From NCBI GenBank assembly GCA_050251815.1, contig JBFWMB010000006.1, positions 16,092 to 80,091 of the forward strand: 64,000 bases of DNA. Reading direction: 5' to 3'. Under the pieces are notes generated by a model. The model searched no databases and was not told the DNA's origin. It saw only the letters and a list, made by a program, of their open reading frames with translations. Of this stretch, positions 40,537-50,429 are shown piece by piece. Position numbers and translations under genes: made by a program. The stretch comes from Salinivirgaceae bacterium. GTDB lineage: Bacteria > Bacteroidota > Bacteroidia > Bacteroidales > SZUA-534. Positions within the stretch are counted from its first letter, which is position 1. The number at the start of each line of letters is the position of its first letter.

Positions 40537-41613
40537 TTAGAGGTCTTTTATAATGTCGGCCAATTTTTTTGCGATACCACTGCGTGAGAAATCATTAAAT
40601 CGCTCTTCGCGCGTACGATCTTGATTCTCATTTATCAGGTTTTCTGCATCGCTACCTTTGGGCGAAACCAGAATTATCGGCCGCATCGACCCCAGATATT
40701 CAAACAATTTTCCAGGCAAAAAATCGCGATGGTTTATAAGCAATAATTTTTCGGAGGCACACATATACGCTATAGCCTGTTCGTGAGGAACATAAGGAAT
40801 AACTTCAGTTCCTTCGGGCAGCCAAACACCCTCTTCAACCGGTCCAATCTGACGAAAAGTATAACCTTTTTCAAGGTAAGATTTAATTAGCGGTATTGCG
40901 CTTTTATAAAAGGTGAAAAATGAACCTACATGACTTATCACTTTGGATTCGATGCTGGGAGTAGTGTTGGGGAAAATCTTTTCGTAAAAACCCATGGGGA
41001 TGATGTGGATGGGTTTTTTTGTTTTTTGCTGAAAGCGGTTTTTGGCTGTCTGACAATGAACTAATACCGCGTCAGCATTTTTTAATATTGATTTTTCGAG
41101 CCATTTATCTATCCATTGGGCTGGCCAAAGCCGGTGAAACTGATCAAGGTAAAGTGCGTCAGTCCAATAATCATGAAAATCAGCAATCCATTTAAATTGT
41201 TTTCGGAATTTTTTACCAATAAAATGGGTTGAATGTGGTGGCCCTGCGGTTATAATTACATCGAATTCATTTAAATGCTTTTTTATAAAAGTTTCGGCAT
41301 GCTTATTCCAATTCAGGCGAGGATCAGGTAAAAAGAAATTACCCCGGACAAAACGGGTAATAAAATTGCTTCCAACTTTTTTCATGGTTCCTGAAACCAG
41401 GTTTTTATACCCAACTTTTACAACCCTAATTTTTGGATCGACCCGTTGCAAAAGACTTGCATCGGTATAAGGAAAACCGGGGTTTTCAGGTGTAAGTACC
41501 GTAACCTGGAAATCATTATTTGCCAACCAGGTAGAAAAATCGACCCAACGCTGCACACAAGGCCCGCCGGTTGGTGGCCAATAATGATTTACAATTAATA
41601 CGCGCTGTGACAT
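40537..41613 (-). CDS. Glycosyltransferase-like protein (GT-B fold suspected)
   Basis: The 358-aa ORF starts with VLIVNHYWPPTGGP, typical of GT4-type enzymes. The rest is weakly diagnostic. Confidence 0.55.
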   Translation of the reverse strand: MSQRVLIVNHYWPPTGGPCVQRWVDFSTWLANNDFQVTVLTPENPGFPYTDASLLQRVDPKIRVVKVGYKNLVSGTMKKVGSNFITRFVRGNFFLPDPRLNWNKHAETFIKKHLNEFDVIITAGPPHSTHFIGKKFRKQFKWIADFHDYWTDALYLDQFHRLWPAQWIDKWLEKSILKNADAVLVHCQTAKNRFQQKTKKPIHIIPMGFYEKIFPNTTPSIESKVISHVGSFFTFYKSAIPLIKSYLEKGYTFRQIGPVEEGVWLPEGTEVIPYVPHEQAIAYMCASEKLLLINHRDFLPGKLFEYLGSMRPIILVSPKGSDAENLINENQDRTREERFNDFSRSGIAKKLADIIKDL

Positions 41614-41652
41614 GGTATGGAATAAGTTAATTAAAGTGATTTAATCACCAGC

Positions 41653-41693
41653 AATAAAAAACCCGAAACTTCAAAAATACAAAATTCCGGGTT
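41653..41693 (-). terminator. Terminator after the S41 peptidase gene
   Basis: An AACCCGGAA/TTTCGGGTT stem (one G-U pair) is followed by a T-run on the minus strand. A T-run is also present on the plus strand. Confidence 0.6.
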
Positions 41694-41716
41694 TTTTGGC
41701 GTTGCCTTATTGTGGA

Positions 41717-43381
41717 TTACTTAGCTGCTGGTTGCAAAATGTTTTTATACGCTTCGTTGTTACCAAGAATCTCAAGTGCTTTTTCAATCAGCGGATCGTT
41801 TGAGATATTTGCCTGTGCCCGGCCTGTTTGATAATAGTAGCGGCTTACAATTTCTTCGCGTAACAAATCGCTGATTTCGGTTTTAAACAGCTCCAAATCC
41901 TTGTTTTTATCGTGAGCCAGCTTTTTGCGCAATAAATCAAGCTCGTCGGCAACCATGGTGTGGTATTTTTCCCGTTTAACAACTTCTTCGAGCTTTGATA
42001 TCATTTGCTCGCTCTCTAAGGTGTAATCGAAATCCTTGTCAGCTAAAAACGCTTTAAAATCATTGTATATCGATTCGTCAATTGTAAATTCATGAACGGG
42101 AGGTATCGTTTCATGTGATTGCTGGTATTGTGTTGCAAAATCAAATATTAGACTTTTGGTGTACAAGCTGATAGATATTTTGCTGAGCATTTGAGGTTGT
42201 ACATTTACATCGGGCGTTATGCCTCCCCCATCGTATACTTTGCGACCTCCTTTGGTTGTGAATTCGCTTATCAGCGAATCAGGCACACGGCCAACGCTTC
42301 CATCTTCGTTCCGGTGCGAATAATCGAGCGCCTGAATGCATCGTCCGCTGGGTATATAATATTTAGCCGTGGTAATTTTTAATTTGGAATTGTAACTCAG
42401 GTCGCGGGTTGTTTGTACCAAACCTTTCCCAAAGGTACGAGTTCCCAAAACCACACCACGGTCTAAATCCTGAATGGCACCGGAAACAATTTCGGATGCT
42501 GAAGCTGAACCGCTGTTTACCAACACGGCCAATGGTATTTCGGTGTCGTATGCATCATTGGTAGCCTGATAAGCCCTATTCCACTGGGTAACTTTTCCTT
42601 TGGTACTTACAATTTCCTGTCCTTTGGGAATAAAAAGATTTGAAACCGCAACGGCTTCCATAAGCAAACCTCCCGGATTTCCACGCAAATCGAAAACCAG
42701 ACCTTTAAGCGACTGATTTTTTTTCAATTCTTTAAAAGCCTCTTTAACATCCATACTGCAGTCTTCAGTAAAATTTGCCAGACGAATGTATCCGATGGAA
42801 TCATTAAGCATGCCACTATAAGGAACGCTGTTTATCTTAATTTTTTCCCGTACTACAACCTTGTCAAGTATTTTTTCAACTCCCGGACGTAGAATTCCCA
42901 GTTTTATTTCGGTTTTTGGTTCTCCTTTTAACAGCTCGCTAATTTCTTCTGAATTACGCCCTTTCGCTGATTTACCATCAATTTCAACAATTTTATCGCC
43001 GGCTTTAATACCCGCTTTAAAAGCAGGAAACCCCTCGTAAGGTTCAGTAATAATCACATAATCGTCGGCATTGCGAATTAAAGCACCAATTCCCCCGTAT
43101 TGACCGGTTGTCATAAAGCGGTAATCTTCCATTTGTGATTCAGGTATGTAAACCGTGTAGGGATCGAGCGACTCCAACATTTTATCGATACTGGTTTTTA
43201 CCAATTCAGCCGGATCGGTTTCATCAACATAATATAGATTTAACTCTCGGAAAAGCGTGTGATAAATATCCAGACTTTTTGCTATCTGAAAGTTCTCATC
43301 GTCGAAGGAGATAAAGCCAAGGGTAATAACAGTAATGGTTACTACAAATCCAATTTTCCATTTTTTACTGATGCCTCTCAT
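41717..43381 (-). CDS. S41 family C-terminal processing peptidase with PDZ domain
   Basis: The 554-aa ORF has a PDZ motif (PAFKAGIKAGDKIVEIDG). Catalytic-region motifs are DLRGNPGGL, GSASASEI (Ser) and TFGKG (Lys). Confidence 0.9.
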   Translation of the reverse strand: MRGISKKWKIGFVVTITVITLGFISFDDENFQIAKSLDIYHTLFRELNLYYVDETDPAELVKTSIDKMLESLDPYTVYIPESQMEDYRFMTTGQYGGIGALIRNADDYVIITEPYEGFPAFKAGIKAGDKIVEIDGKSAKGRNSEEISELLKGEPKTEIKLGILRPGVEKILDKVVVREKIKINSVPYSGMLNDSIGYIRLANFTEDCSMDVKEAFKELKKNQSLKGLVFDLRGNPGGLLMEAVAVSNLFIPKGQEIVSTKGKVTQWNRAYQATNDAYDTEIPLAVLVNSGSASASEIVSGAIQDLDRGVVLGTRTFGKGLVQTTRDLSYNSKLKITTAKYYIPSGRCIQALDYSHRNEDGSVGRVPDSLISEFTTKGGRKVYDGGGITPDVNVQPQMLSKISISLYTKSLIFDFATQYQQSHETIPPVHEFTIDESIYNDFKAFLADKDFDYTLESEQMISKLEEVVKREKYHTMVADELDLLRKKLAHDKNKDLELFKTEISDLLREEIVSRYYYQTGRAQANISNDPLIEKALEILGNNEAYKNILQPAAK

Positions 43382-43450
43382 ATCAATCGTGTTTTCGAAT
43401 AATTCAACGGAATAAAATATGTTAACCTCAGGTAAAAATACCCAATAAGG

Positions 43451-43870
43451 TTAAAGAAAATAATTTGTTTTTACTTTTTCACTCAAACGAAACAAAAGTT
43501 GTTTTATTTTTTGTTCAAACTCGGTAAAAGGAACAATTTCGCTGGAAAGATAAATAAGCATAAAAGAAAGCTCTACATTTTTACCATCAATCGCCTGATA
43601 AAGTTCCACCTGATTGATTCGGTAGCACTCGCGCATACGCCGTTTAATAAAATTACGGGTAACTGCTGAACGATGATTTCGTTTTGAAACAGATACTCCT
43701 GCTTTTATCGTTGATGTTCCTGATGATGGAACAATCATCCATACCAGTTTAAAGGGATAATTCTTTAGATTTTGGTTTGTGTCAAAAAGCGCCTGAATAG
43801 TGGAGCGGCTTTTTAGTCGTTCCTTTTTTTTAAAGGTGAGTTTTTTATGCTGATTATCAGGCCTCATCAT
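43451..43870 (-). CDS. rnpA: Ribonuclease P protein component
   Basis: ORF 43451..43894. ATG at 43870 is preferred because the upstream extension overlaps the hemD terminator hairpin. The RNR-like motif VSKRNHRSAVTRNFIKRRMRE is present. Confidence 0.85.
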   Translation of the reverse strand: MMRPDNQHKKLTFKKKERLKSRSTIQALFDTNQNLKNYPFKLVWMIVPSSGTSTIKAGVSVSKRNHRSAVTRNFIKRRMRECYRINQVELYQAIDGKNVELSFMLIYLSSEIVPFTEFEQKIKQLLFRLSEKVKTNYFL

Positions 43871-43871
43871 A

Positions 43872-43898
43872 TAAAAAGACCTGTGCTTGTGCACAGGT
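43872..43898 (-). terminator. Hairpin between hemD and rnpA
   Basis: An ACCTGTGC-TTGT-GCACAGGT perfect 8-bp stem (43879-43898) is followed by CTTTTTAT on the minus strand. Confidence 0.55.
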
Positions 43899-43902
43899 TC
43901 TT

Positions 43903-44658
43903 TTATTTTTTACAATTCTTATTAGCATCCCGAATATACTGATCAAGTGCCATGGTCATTGATGGGGCCTCAGGAAGCGGAGCCTGAATGTCGAGACGCA
44001 AATTTGCTTCTTTAACAGCCTTAGCCGTTGTAGGTCCAAAGGCGGCTATCCGCGTATCGTTCTGCTTAAAGTCGGGGAAATTATCGAACAACGATTTTAT
44101 TCCCGAAGGGCTAAAAAATACCAGGATGTCGTAATTTACATCCGACAAATCGGAAAGATCGCTGGCAATGGTCCGATACAAAATGGCAATATTATACTTT
44201 ACCTTAAGCTTGTCGAGTCCTTTGGGAATCTCCGGTTTGTGCATATCAGACAACGGCACAAAGAACTTTTCGTCTTTGTGTTTTTCAATCACCTCAAGCA
44301 ACTCGGTAAATGAACTCTTTCCAAAAAAGATTTTTCGCTTCCGGTATACAATATATTTTTGCAGGTAAAAAGCGGTAGCCTCCGAAATGCAAAAATATTT
44401 CATGGTGTCGGGCACTGTAATCCGCATCTCTTCACAAATACGGAAAAAATGATCGACAGCCGTACGCGCCGTAAAAATAACAGCTGTATGATCCAAAATA
44501 TTGATCCGCTCTTTGCGAAAAACTTTTGAATCAACAGGTACAACCTGAATAAAAGGTCTAAAATCAATTTTTAGATTATGCTTCTCAGCCAGATCAAAAT
44601 AGGGCGATTTTTCGGTTTCCGGCTCAGGTTGAGATACAAGAATCTTTTTAATTTTCAA
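43903..44658 (-). CDS. hemD: Uroporphyrinogen-III synthase family protein
   Basis: The 251-aa ORF begins KILVSQPEPETEKSPYFDLAEKH, an N-terminus typical of Bacteroidota HemD-like proteins. It lies in DUF4271-hemD-rnpA synteny. Confidence 0.75.
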   Translation of the reverse strand: MKIKKILVSQPEPETEKSPYFDLAEKHNLKIDFRPFIQVVPVDSKVFRKERINILDHTAVIFTARTAVDHFFRICEEMRITVPDTMKYFCISEATAFYLQKYIVYRKRKIFFGKSSFTELLEVIEKHKDEKFFVPLSDMHKPEIPKGLDKLKVKYNIAILYRTIASDLSDLSDVNYDILVFFSPSGIKSLFDNFPDFKQNDTRIAAFGPTTAKAVKEANLRLDIQAPLPEAPSMTMALDQYIRDANKNCKK

Positions 44659-44702
44659 TTTTTCAGTTTTTTTTTGTTACACACCAACCTCGAAATGTTA
44701 CT

Positions 44703-45800
44703 TTATACGTAGGTTTCAAACAATTTGTAGAGAACCAGTAATGGTAAAATTTCAAGTGCACAAAGGTACAAAATCAAATAGAAAATTGAAAGTCTATTTT
44801 TGATTCCAAAATTTAATCCCCTAAAAATCCGGAAAACATAGAAGAATACAACAACCAAAAATCCAGCATAAAATAGCCAGGGCGTGACCTGTGGGTCGAT
44901 AAAAGGAATTATCGCAATTAAGGGCAGTAACAATAAACCTATCATTCGGTTGTAAATAAATATGGTAGTTGTGTAATAAATAAAAGAACCTTTTGCCAGA
45001 AAAAGAAAGTCGATCACAGCCATAAAAGCTCCACGCAAACTATAAACAACTATCACAAAGGCTAAAACGGCCATAAATAAAAAGATGCCTCTTAGCCCCA
45101 ACATCTCCCAATTCTGATAATCGAACCACTGGGTAACAAAAAGTGCCAGATTGATAAAAAACAGCACGTTCATAATATGAAAAATCCGGCTACGCAATAC
45201 ATTTGATTCTTCGCGAACGCGCTTTGCGGAGTAAAAGTTAAAAGCGGTTTGAACAGCCAGTTGCACATAACGCCCAAAACCTACACGCAGCCAGCCAAAT
45301 ATTACAAGAACCAAAATTATTAGCCCAAGCATCCAGTCGGTTGATTCAAAGAATGTACCCGATTTACTTGCTACTTGAATTGGTTTTTTTTGTTTTACCT
45401 GTTCGCGAACCTCAACCAGACTTTTTTCAGCAACTTTTTCAATCTTTTGCTTTGTAATAAGTACCGGAGCTAATTCCGGTTCAAAGGGCTGAATCGATAA
45501 ACTGGAAAAAAAATCAGCATTACCAGGCAACACAAAGTTATCATCCAACACATTGTAAACCGGATGTGCTATGCTGTCGTTACCGGGAACAAAAGGAATG
45601 GTTTTGGTAATTGGAATCACCACCTTTGGTTTTTCAATTCGTGTGGAATCGACAGTGAAGGTGCGTACAGACCCCAACTCCATTTTTTTTCGGCCAACAT
45701 CGAGTTTGTTTTCCTGAGGCAAAACCACCGGGGTATTAATTAATAATCCCTTGGCGGGAAGCGTATCCTGACTCTGAATGATAAAATTTTTATAACTCAT
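44703..45800 (-). CDS. Polytopic membrane protein (DUF4271-like)
   Basis: The 365-aa ORF has a soluble N-terminal half followed by about 6 TM helices. Its position upstream of hemD is conserved. Confidence 0.6.
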   Translation of the reverse strand: MSYKNFIIQSQDTLPAKGLLINTPVVLPQENKLDVGRKKMELGSVRTFTVDSTRIEKPKVVIPITKTIPFVPGNDSIAHPVYNVLDDNFVLPGNADFFSSLSIQPFEPELAPVLITKQKIEKVAEKSLVEVREQVKQKKPIQVASKSGTFFESTDWMLGLIILVLVIFGWLRVGFGRYVQLAVQTAFNFYSAKRVREESNVLRSRIFHIMNVLFFINLALFVTQWFDYQNWEMLGLRGIFLFMAVLAFVIVVYSLRGAFMAVIDFLFLAKGSFIYYTTTIFIYNRMIGLLLLPLIAIIPFIDPQVTPWLFYAGFLVVVFFYVFRIFRGLNFGIKNRLSIFYLILYLCALEILPLLVLYKLFETYV

Positions 45801-45952
45801 GCGATCTGTAACTGTTTTTCCGAAACACCCTCTCGTTACTGCTTGTTGCGTTAACCCTGGGATTTTAATGCCATAAAAATAATAAGTTTAAGCGATAATA
45901 ATTTATAATTGTCAATTTTAGTTTTGACTTAAGGAATAATTTGAATTAATTG

Positions 45953-45960
45953 TATCTTTG
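45953..45960 (+). promoter_or_regulatory. Candidate -7 box (TATCTTTG) for the OmpA-family gene
   Basis: The motif matches TAnnTTTG 21 nt upstream of the ATG at 45981. Confidence 0.35.
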
Positions 45961-45980
45961 GTTTCGAAAATAAAATTACC

Positions 45981-47030
45981 ATGCATATACGTAAACGTTT
46001 TGTATTTATTGCGCTGGGGTTTGTTGCCATAAACGCCTGTGTTCCCACCCGACAATTTCAGGAATTAAAACAAAAAAATGCAGTTACTGTCAACGAACGC
46101 GACTCGCTTAAAAGCACCAACGAATCGTTAACGGTACAAAACACTGAAATGGAAGCTGAGCTGGAGGAACTGGAAAAGCGCTTTTCCCTAATGGCATCGC
46201 AGCAAAGTGGATTAAAAGATTCGGCTGCTTTTTACAAAAAACAGTTCAAAGTTTATAAAACCATGTACAACGACCTATCGAACACCCAGTCATCGGTTGA
46301 GAAGGGACGTGATGAAGAAACACGCAAACTGCTGGCTGAACTTCAGGTTACCAAAGAAGACTTGCAGGTGCGTGAAGATGAGTTACGGGAGTTGGAAGAC
46401 AACCTGATGGCTAAACAACTGGCTTTGGAGGAACGCGACGAAATTTTGCTGGCTTTGGATGCAACGCTTAACCAGAAAAAGACCGAACTGGAAGCTCAAA
46501 GCCTTCGTATGAGGGAATTGGAAAGCATATTGCATAGCAAAGATTCAGCGGTTTTTGCCTTAAAATCGAAAATTACCGATGCCCTTTTGGGATTCGAAAA
46601 TAAAGGCCTTACCATTCAGCAACGCAATGGAAAAGTATATGTTACCATGGACGAAAAACTGCTTTTTAAATCGGGACAATGGGATGTTGACCCCAAAGGA
46701 CAGCAGGCCATCAAACAAATTGCCGGTGTATTGGAGCAAAACAAAGACATCAACATTGTGGTTGAAGGACATACCGACGATGTTCCCATGCGCGGAAGCG
46801 GCGAAATTAAAGATAATTGGGATCTAAGTGTAAAGCGGGCGACATCGATAGTAAAAATTCTCCTGCAAAATTCAAGCATGGATCCCAAACGGGTTAGTGC
46901 AGCTGGTCGTGGCCCCTACTTCCCGGTTGATGCTGCTAAAACTCCCGAAGCCAGGGCAAAAAACCGAAGAACAGAAATTATTTTAACGCCAAAACTCGAT
47001 GAGCTGTTCCAGATTTTAGAAAATAATTAA
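45981..47030 (+). CDS. OmpA/MotB-family lipoprotein with a long coiled-coil N-terminal region
   Basis: The 349-aa ORF has a C-terminal OmpA-like domain (VVEGHTDDVP, LSVKRATSIV, NRRTEIIL). Confidence 0.88.
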   Translation: MHIRKRFVFIALGFVAINACVPTRQFQELKQKNAVTVNERDSLKSTNESLTVQNTEMEAELEELEKRFSLMASQQSGLKDSAAFYKKQFKVYKTMYNDLSNTQSSVEKGRDEETRKLLAELQVTKEDLQVREDELRELEDNLMAKQLALEERDEILLALDATLNQKKTELEAQSLRMRELESILHSKDSAVFALKSKITDALLGFENKGLTIQQRNGKVYVTMDEKLLFKSGQWDVDPKGQQAIKQIAGVLEQNKDINIVVEGHTDDVPMRGSGEIKDNWDLSVKRATSIVKILLQNSSMDPKRVSAAGRGPYFPVDAAKTPEARAKNRRTEIILTPKLDELFQILENN

Positions 47031-47052
47031 GATACCTCTAACAATTGATAAT

Positions 47053-47086
47053 AAACCTAAGGGTGCATTATCCTTAGGTTTTTTTG
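47053..47086 (+). terminator. Terminator after the OmpA-family gene
   Basis: An AAACCTAAGG/CCTTAGGTTT stem is followed by a T-run. Confidence 0.75.
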
Positions 47087-47090
47087 TTAC

Positions 47091-48113
47091 ATGATTAGCT
47101 TTTACGATACCTACCAGTTTTGCAAAACCCTTACGATTAGAAAGGTGATTAACGGAATGCTGTTGCGCCTAAGCTATTTTCTGTCGCGAATCAGCGGAAG
47201 CATTATTCGCTGGGGCTTACCCGAATCGCTTAGTATTGAACCCACAAATCTTTGCAACTTAAAATGCCCGGAATGTCCATCGGGAAACAATAGCCTAAAT
47301 CGACCCCGCCTTTTCTTAGCTGAAACATCCTACCGCAACCTGATTGATAAAAACAATAAACAGTTGGCTTTTCTTCAATTGTATTTTCAAGGTGAACCCT
47401 TTTTACATCCAAAAATATACCAATACATTCATCACGCGGTTAAAAACCGTATTTACACGGCTACATCGACAAACGGCCAGTTTTTGAATCTGGAAAATTG
47501 CTTAAAGCTTGTTGATTCGGGCCTTCAGCGGCTCATTGTTTCCATTGACGGTACAACTCAGGAGAGCTATGAAAAGTACCGGGTAGGTGGCAGCCTCGAC
47601 CAGGCCTTAACAGGAATTGAGAATCTGATTGCCGCTAAAAAACAACGAAAGAAAAGAACGCCTGCTGTTATCATCCAGTTTGTTGTTTTTAAGACCAATG
47701 AACATCAAATTCCGGAAATAAAACAACTGGCTAAAAAGCTACAGGTTGATGCGTTAAAGTTAAAAAGTCCGCAACTTGAAGATTTCGAAAACGGACATCC
47801 TTTAATGCCCGAAACCAAAAAGTACAATCGATACATAAAAAATGCATCGGGAACTTATTCCCTGAACAAAAACAAACAGGTTAAATGCAAAAGAGCCTGG
47901 AATGGTGCCGTGCTAACTGCCGACAACCGACTAATTCCCTGCTGCTTCGATAAAAAAGCCCAACATGCTTATGGAACCCTCACCAACGAGACGCTGGCAA
48001 CGCTCTGGAAAAGCAAAAAAGCAGATTGGTTTATAAAAACGGTGTGGAGCAAAAACAATCCAGTTGAAATGTGTAAAAACTGTACGGAGGGATTAAAACA
48101 AACCTGGTTCTAG
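47091..48113 (+). CDS. Radical SAM / SPASM-domain protein
   Basis: The 340-aa ORF has CNLKCPEC (CxxxCxxC) and a Cys-rich C-terminal SPASM-like region (CKRAW, PCCFD, CKNC). The start is uncertain, and the ATG at 47157 is possible. Confidence 0.8.
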   Translation: MISFYDTYQFCKTLTIRKVINGMLLRLSYFLSRISGSIIRWGLPESLSIEPTNLCNLKCPECPSGNNSLNRPRLFLAETSYRNLIDKNNKQLAFLQLYFQGEPFLHPKIYQYIHHAVKNRIYTATSTNGQFLNLENCLKLVDSGLQRLIVSIDGTTQESYEKYRVGGSLDQALTGIENLIAAKKQRKKRTPAVIIQFVVFKTNEHQIPEIKQLAKKLQVDALKLKSPQLEDFENGHPLMPETKKYNRYIKNASGTYSLNKNKQVKCKRAWNGAVLTADNRLIPCCFDKKAQHAYGTLTNETLATLWKSKKADWFIKTVWSKNNPVEMCKNCTEGLKQTWF

Positions 48114-48214
48114 TGTTCAAAGCACTTTCAAAAGTTGTTACAGGCATATTTCTTTATCAGATGAAAATAAATAGTTTAAAAATGGTTAGTTTTGAGCCCT
48201 AAAATTATCGGTTC

Positions 48215-48913
48215 ATGAATCGCACCCTTATTTTATTGGTTCTGGTTTTTACGGCCTCACTTGTTCAGGCCCAACTTTCTATTGGCGTACGTCAGGGCTA
48301 TGGAAACCACGGCATCCACCTGGAACCGCCGGGACTTGAACAACTTCAGGCAGATTTTTGGCTGCCCAGTACGGCCTTTGTTATTGCCTTCAACAATAAA
48401 CTAAACAATGGCCTGCAAATGGAATTTTCGTTGGCGCAAAAAGGCTGGCGCGAAGTAGATACCCTTCCCGATGCTTACTTTAGTCGAAAAATTACTTATC
48501 TGGAGATACCCTTTTTCAGTCATTTCGAAATTGGCCAGGGTGCGGTACGCCCCGTGATTCTTGCCGGACCTTACCTGGCTTTTAAATTATCGGAATCTTC
48601 AGAAAACCACAACTATAATCACCCAAATGAATTCGACCATTATACCCAGAAAGTCCGATCCCTCGATTTTGGAATAAAAGTAGCTGTTGGTTTGCGCTAT
48701 AATGTCAATAAGCGTCTGGCTGTTTTTGGCGAAGCCAGATACGACATTCAAATGGCTGGAGGACGTGATATTTTTATCGACCGTCCCAATGGCATTCAGG
48801 CTTCCAGATTAAGCGAAGTGGGCGGTACTTTTGGTATATTGTGGCATATAATTCCACAAGCTAAAAAAGACGAAAAGAAAGGCTACGTTCCCAAAGAAGA
48901 CTTGTTTGAATAA
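48215..48913 (+). CDS. Outer-membrane beta-barrel (porin-family / PorT-like size) protein
   Basis: The 232-aa ORF has signal peptide ...SLVQAQ. Alternating beta-strand pattern is seen in the barrel segments (e.g. FGIKVAVGLRY, VFGEARYDIQM, GGTFGILWHI). Confidence 0.6.
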   Translation: MNRTLILLVLVFTASLVQAQLSIGVRQGYGNHGIHLEPPGLEQLQADFWLPSTAFVIAFNNKLNNGLQMEFSLAQKGWREVDTLPDAYFSRKITYLEIPFFSHFEIGQGAVRPVILAGPYLAFKLSESSENHNYNHPNEFDHYTQKVRSLDFGIKVAVGLRYNVNKRLAVFGEARYDIQMAGGRDIFIDRPNGIQASRLSEVGGTFGILWHIIPQAKKDEKKGYVPKEDLFE

Positions 48914-48963
48914 CTTTGTGTTAAGTTTATGATTGGCTATATTATATACTCAATTAATTAAAC

Positions 48964-49626
48964 TTATACTTTGGGTAATAGAGCAACCAATTCCTTTAGC
49001 GAAGAGACCACCACATTTCCATTTACCATCAAACGTTCTTCCGATTGATGACCATTTGCCACCAAAACACAAGAGCAGCCCAATTCCGAAGCTACTTCCT
49101 CATCGTGAAGCGTGTCTCCTATGAGCAAACAGTTTCTGCCGCTTAAACCTAGCTTTTCAAAAAGTAATTTTCCCCGATGAATTTTCCCATGCGCAAAATG
49201 ATCTTCAATTCCGGCAATAGCCTCAAAATAATCGTATATTCCCAGTTTGCGAATCGACTGTACCAGACTTTGCTGTTCCATAGCCGACAATACAATTTGC
49301 TTGTAACCCTGCTCCCTCAATAGTGTAAGGGTTTGTTTTACCTCATCGAATAATTGAGCAGAAGGTAGAAGCTTATGGTAATTCTCCATGAACTGAAGCG
49401 CAGGTATATCAAAAGGCTCCTTTTCAAAATCAAAGCCCAGGGCCCGGTAATAATCTTTAACAGGAAAATCAAAAACTTTCAAATAGCGCTCCCGGGTTAA
49501 CTGGGGCAAATGCCTTTCGTACAGCAAATCATTCATGGATTGAATACAGATTTCCCGGTCGTCGAGCAGGGTACCGTTCCAATCCCACACTATGGTAGTA
49601 ATGGTTGAAACATCGAAATCACTCAT
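48964..49626 (-). CDS. HAD-superfamily hydrolase (subfamily IA-like)
   Basis: The 220-aa ORF has motif I VWDWNGTLLDD, motif II VLSAM and motif IV LLIGDTLHDEE. Confidence 0.8.
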   Translation of the reverse strand: MSDFDVSTITTIVWDWNGTLLDDREICIQSMNDLLYERHLPQLTRERYLKVFDFPVKDYYRALGFDFEKEPFDIPALQFMENYHKLLPSAQLFDEVKQTLTLLREQGYKQIVLSAMEQQSLVQSIRKLGIYDYFEAIAGIEDHFAHGKIHRGKLLFEKLGLSGRNCLLIGDTLHDEEVASELGCSCVLVANGHQSEERLMVNGNVVVSSLKELVALLPKV

Positions 49627-49646
49627 AGTATTACTTTTAATAAATA

Positions 49647-50429
49647 CTATTTAATATTATATATAAGCACTTTATCTTCTAACAACATAGCGATATTGTT
49701 TTTGTTCCAGGCAAGATCATCGCTTGTTGTGTGAAGGGTAATTAGCTGATCCTGTAGCTGTAAAAAAGGAGCTTGCATTTGATAAAGTTGGGTTCCATCG
49801 TAAATTATCAAATGCTTTTCTGAGAAAAAGACCCGTTGGATACCTTCCCGATGAATGGTACTGAGGTAAGCTCCAAACAAATCAAAAACCAAAAGTTTGT
49901 TTTGACAATTCACATAAATCTTTTGATTGTATTCATAAATGGAACGCACCGTGTGGCTACCAATCCAATCGTTTAAGGGCTGGGTTTCTACAAGAATCTT
50001 TCTTTGGTCGTTTACCCGAAAGAGTTTTTGCTGTTCCGGACTATAGGCCCAAAAGCCTCCACTCGATGAAGCACAGGTTTGTGAAATATCGGTCCCAAAA
50101 ACGGCGTAGGTTTCAAAAGGATCGGAAAGCTCGCCCAGTTCCTGATCCAAAAAGCTTACCAGACCGGCTTCACGATAAAAAACCAAAATTTGAAGTGCAT
50201 TAACCACATCAATCGAATGAATGGTTCCAAATAGGGAATTGCTGTAGCGGTTCAAAAGCTCTCCTGAATTATTATACTTTAGTAATTCAACCTCATTAAT
50301 CAGGTATATATTCCCAAAAGCATCAAAAACAACTTGTTGTGCTTTTTGATTAATTTCCAGAATCGGCTGCGCCAGGGCCGTACGGAAAATAATCAAAGTA
50401 AAAAATAATATTATTGCTTTTTTATTCAA
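49647..50429 (-). CDS. Hypothetical secreted protein
   Basis: The 260-aa ORF has signal peptide MNKKAIILFFTLIIFRTALAQ. Its TTG start lies immediately after the upstream stop. No family was recognised. Confidence 0.55.
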   Translation of the reverse strand: MNKKAIILFFTLIIFRTALAQPILEINQKAQQVVFDAFGNIYLINEVELLKYNNSGELLNRYSNSLFGTIHSIDVVNALQILVFYREAGLVSFLDQELGELSDPFETYAVFGTDISQTCASSSGGFWAYSPEQQKLFRVNDQRKILVETQPLNDWIGSHTVRSIYEYNQKIYVNCQNKLLVFDLFGAYLSTIHREGIQRVFFSEKHLIIYDGTQLYQMQAPFLQLQDQLITLHTTSDDLAWNKNNIAMLLEDKVLIYNIK

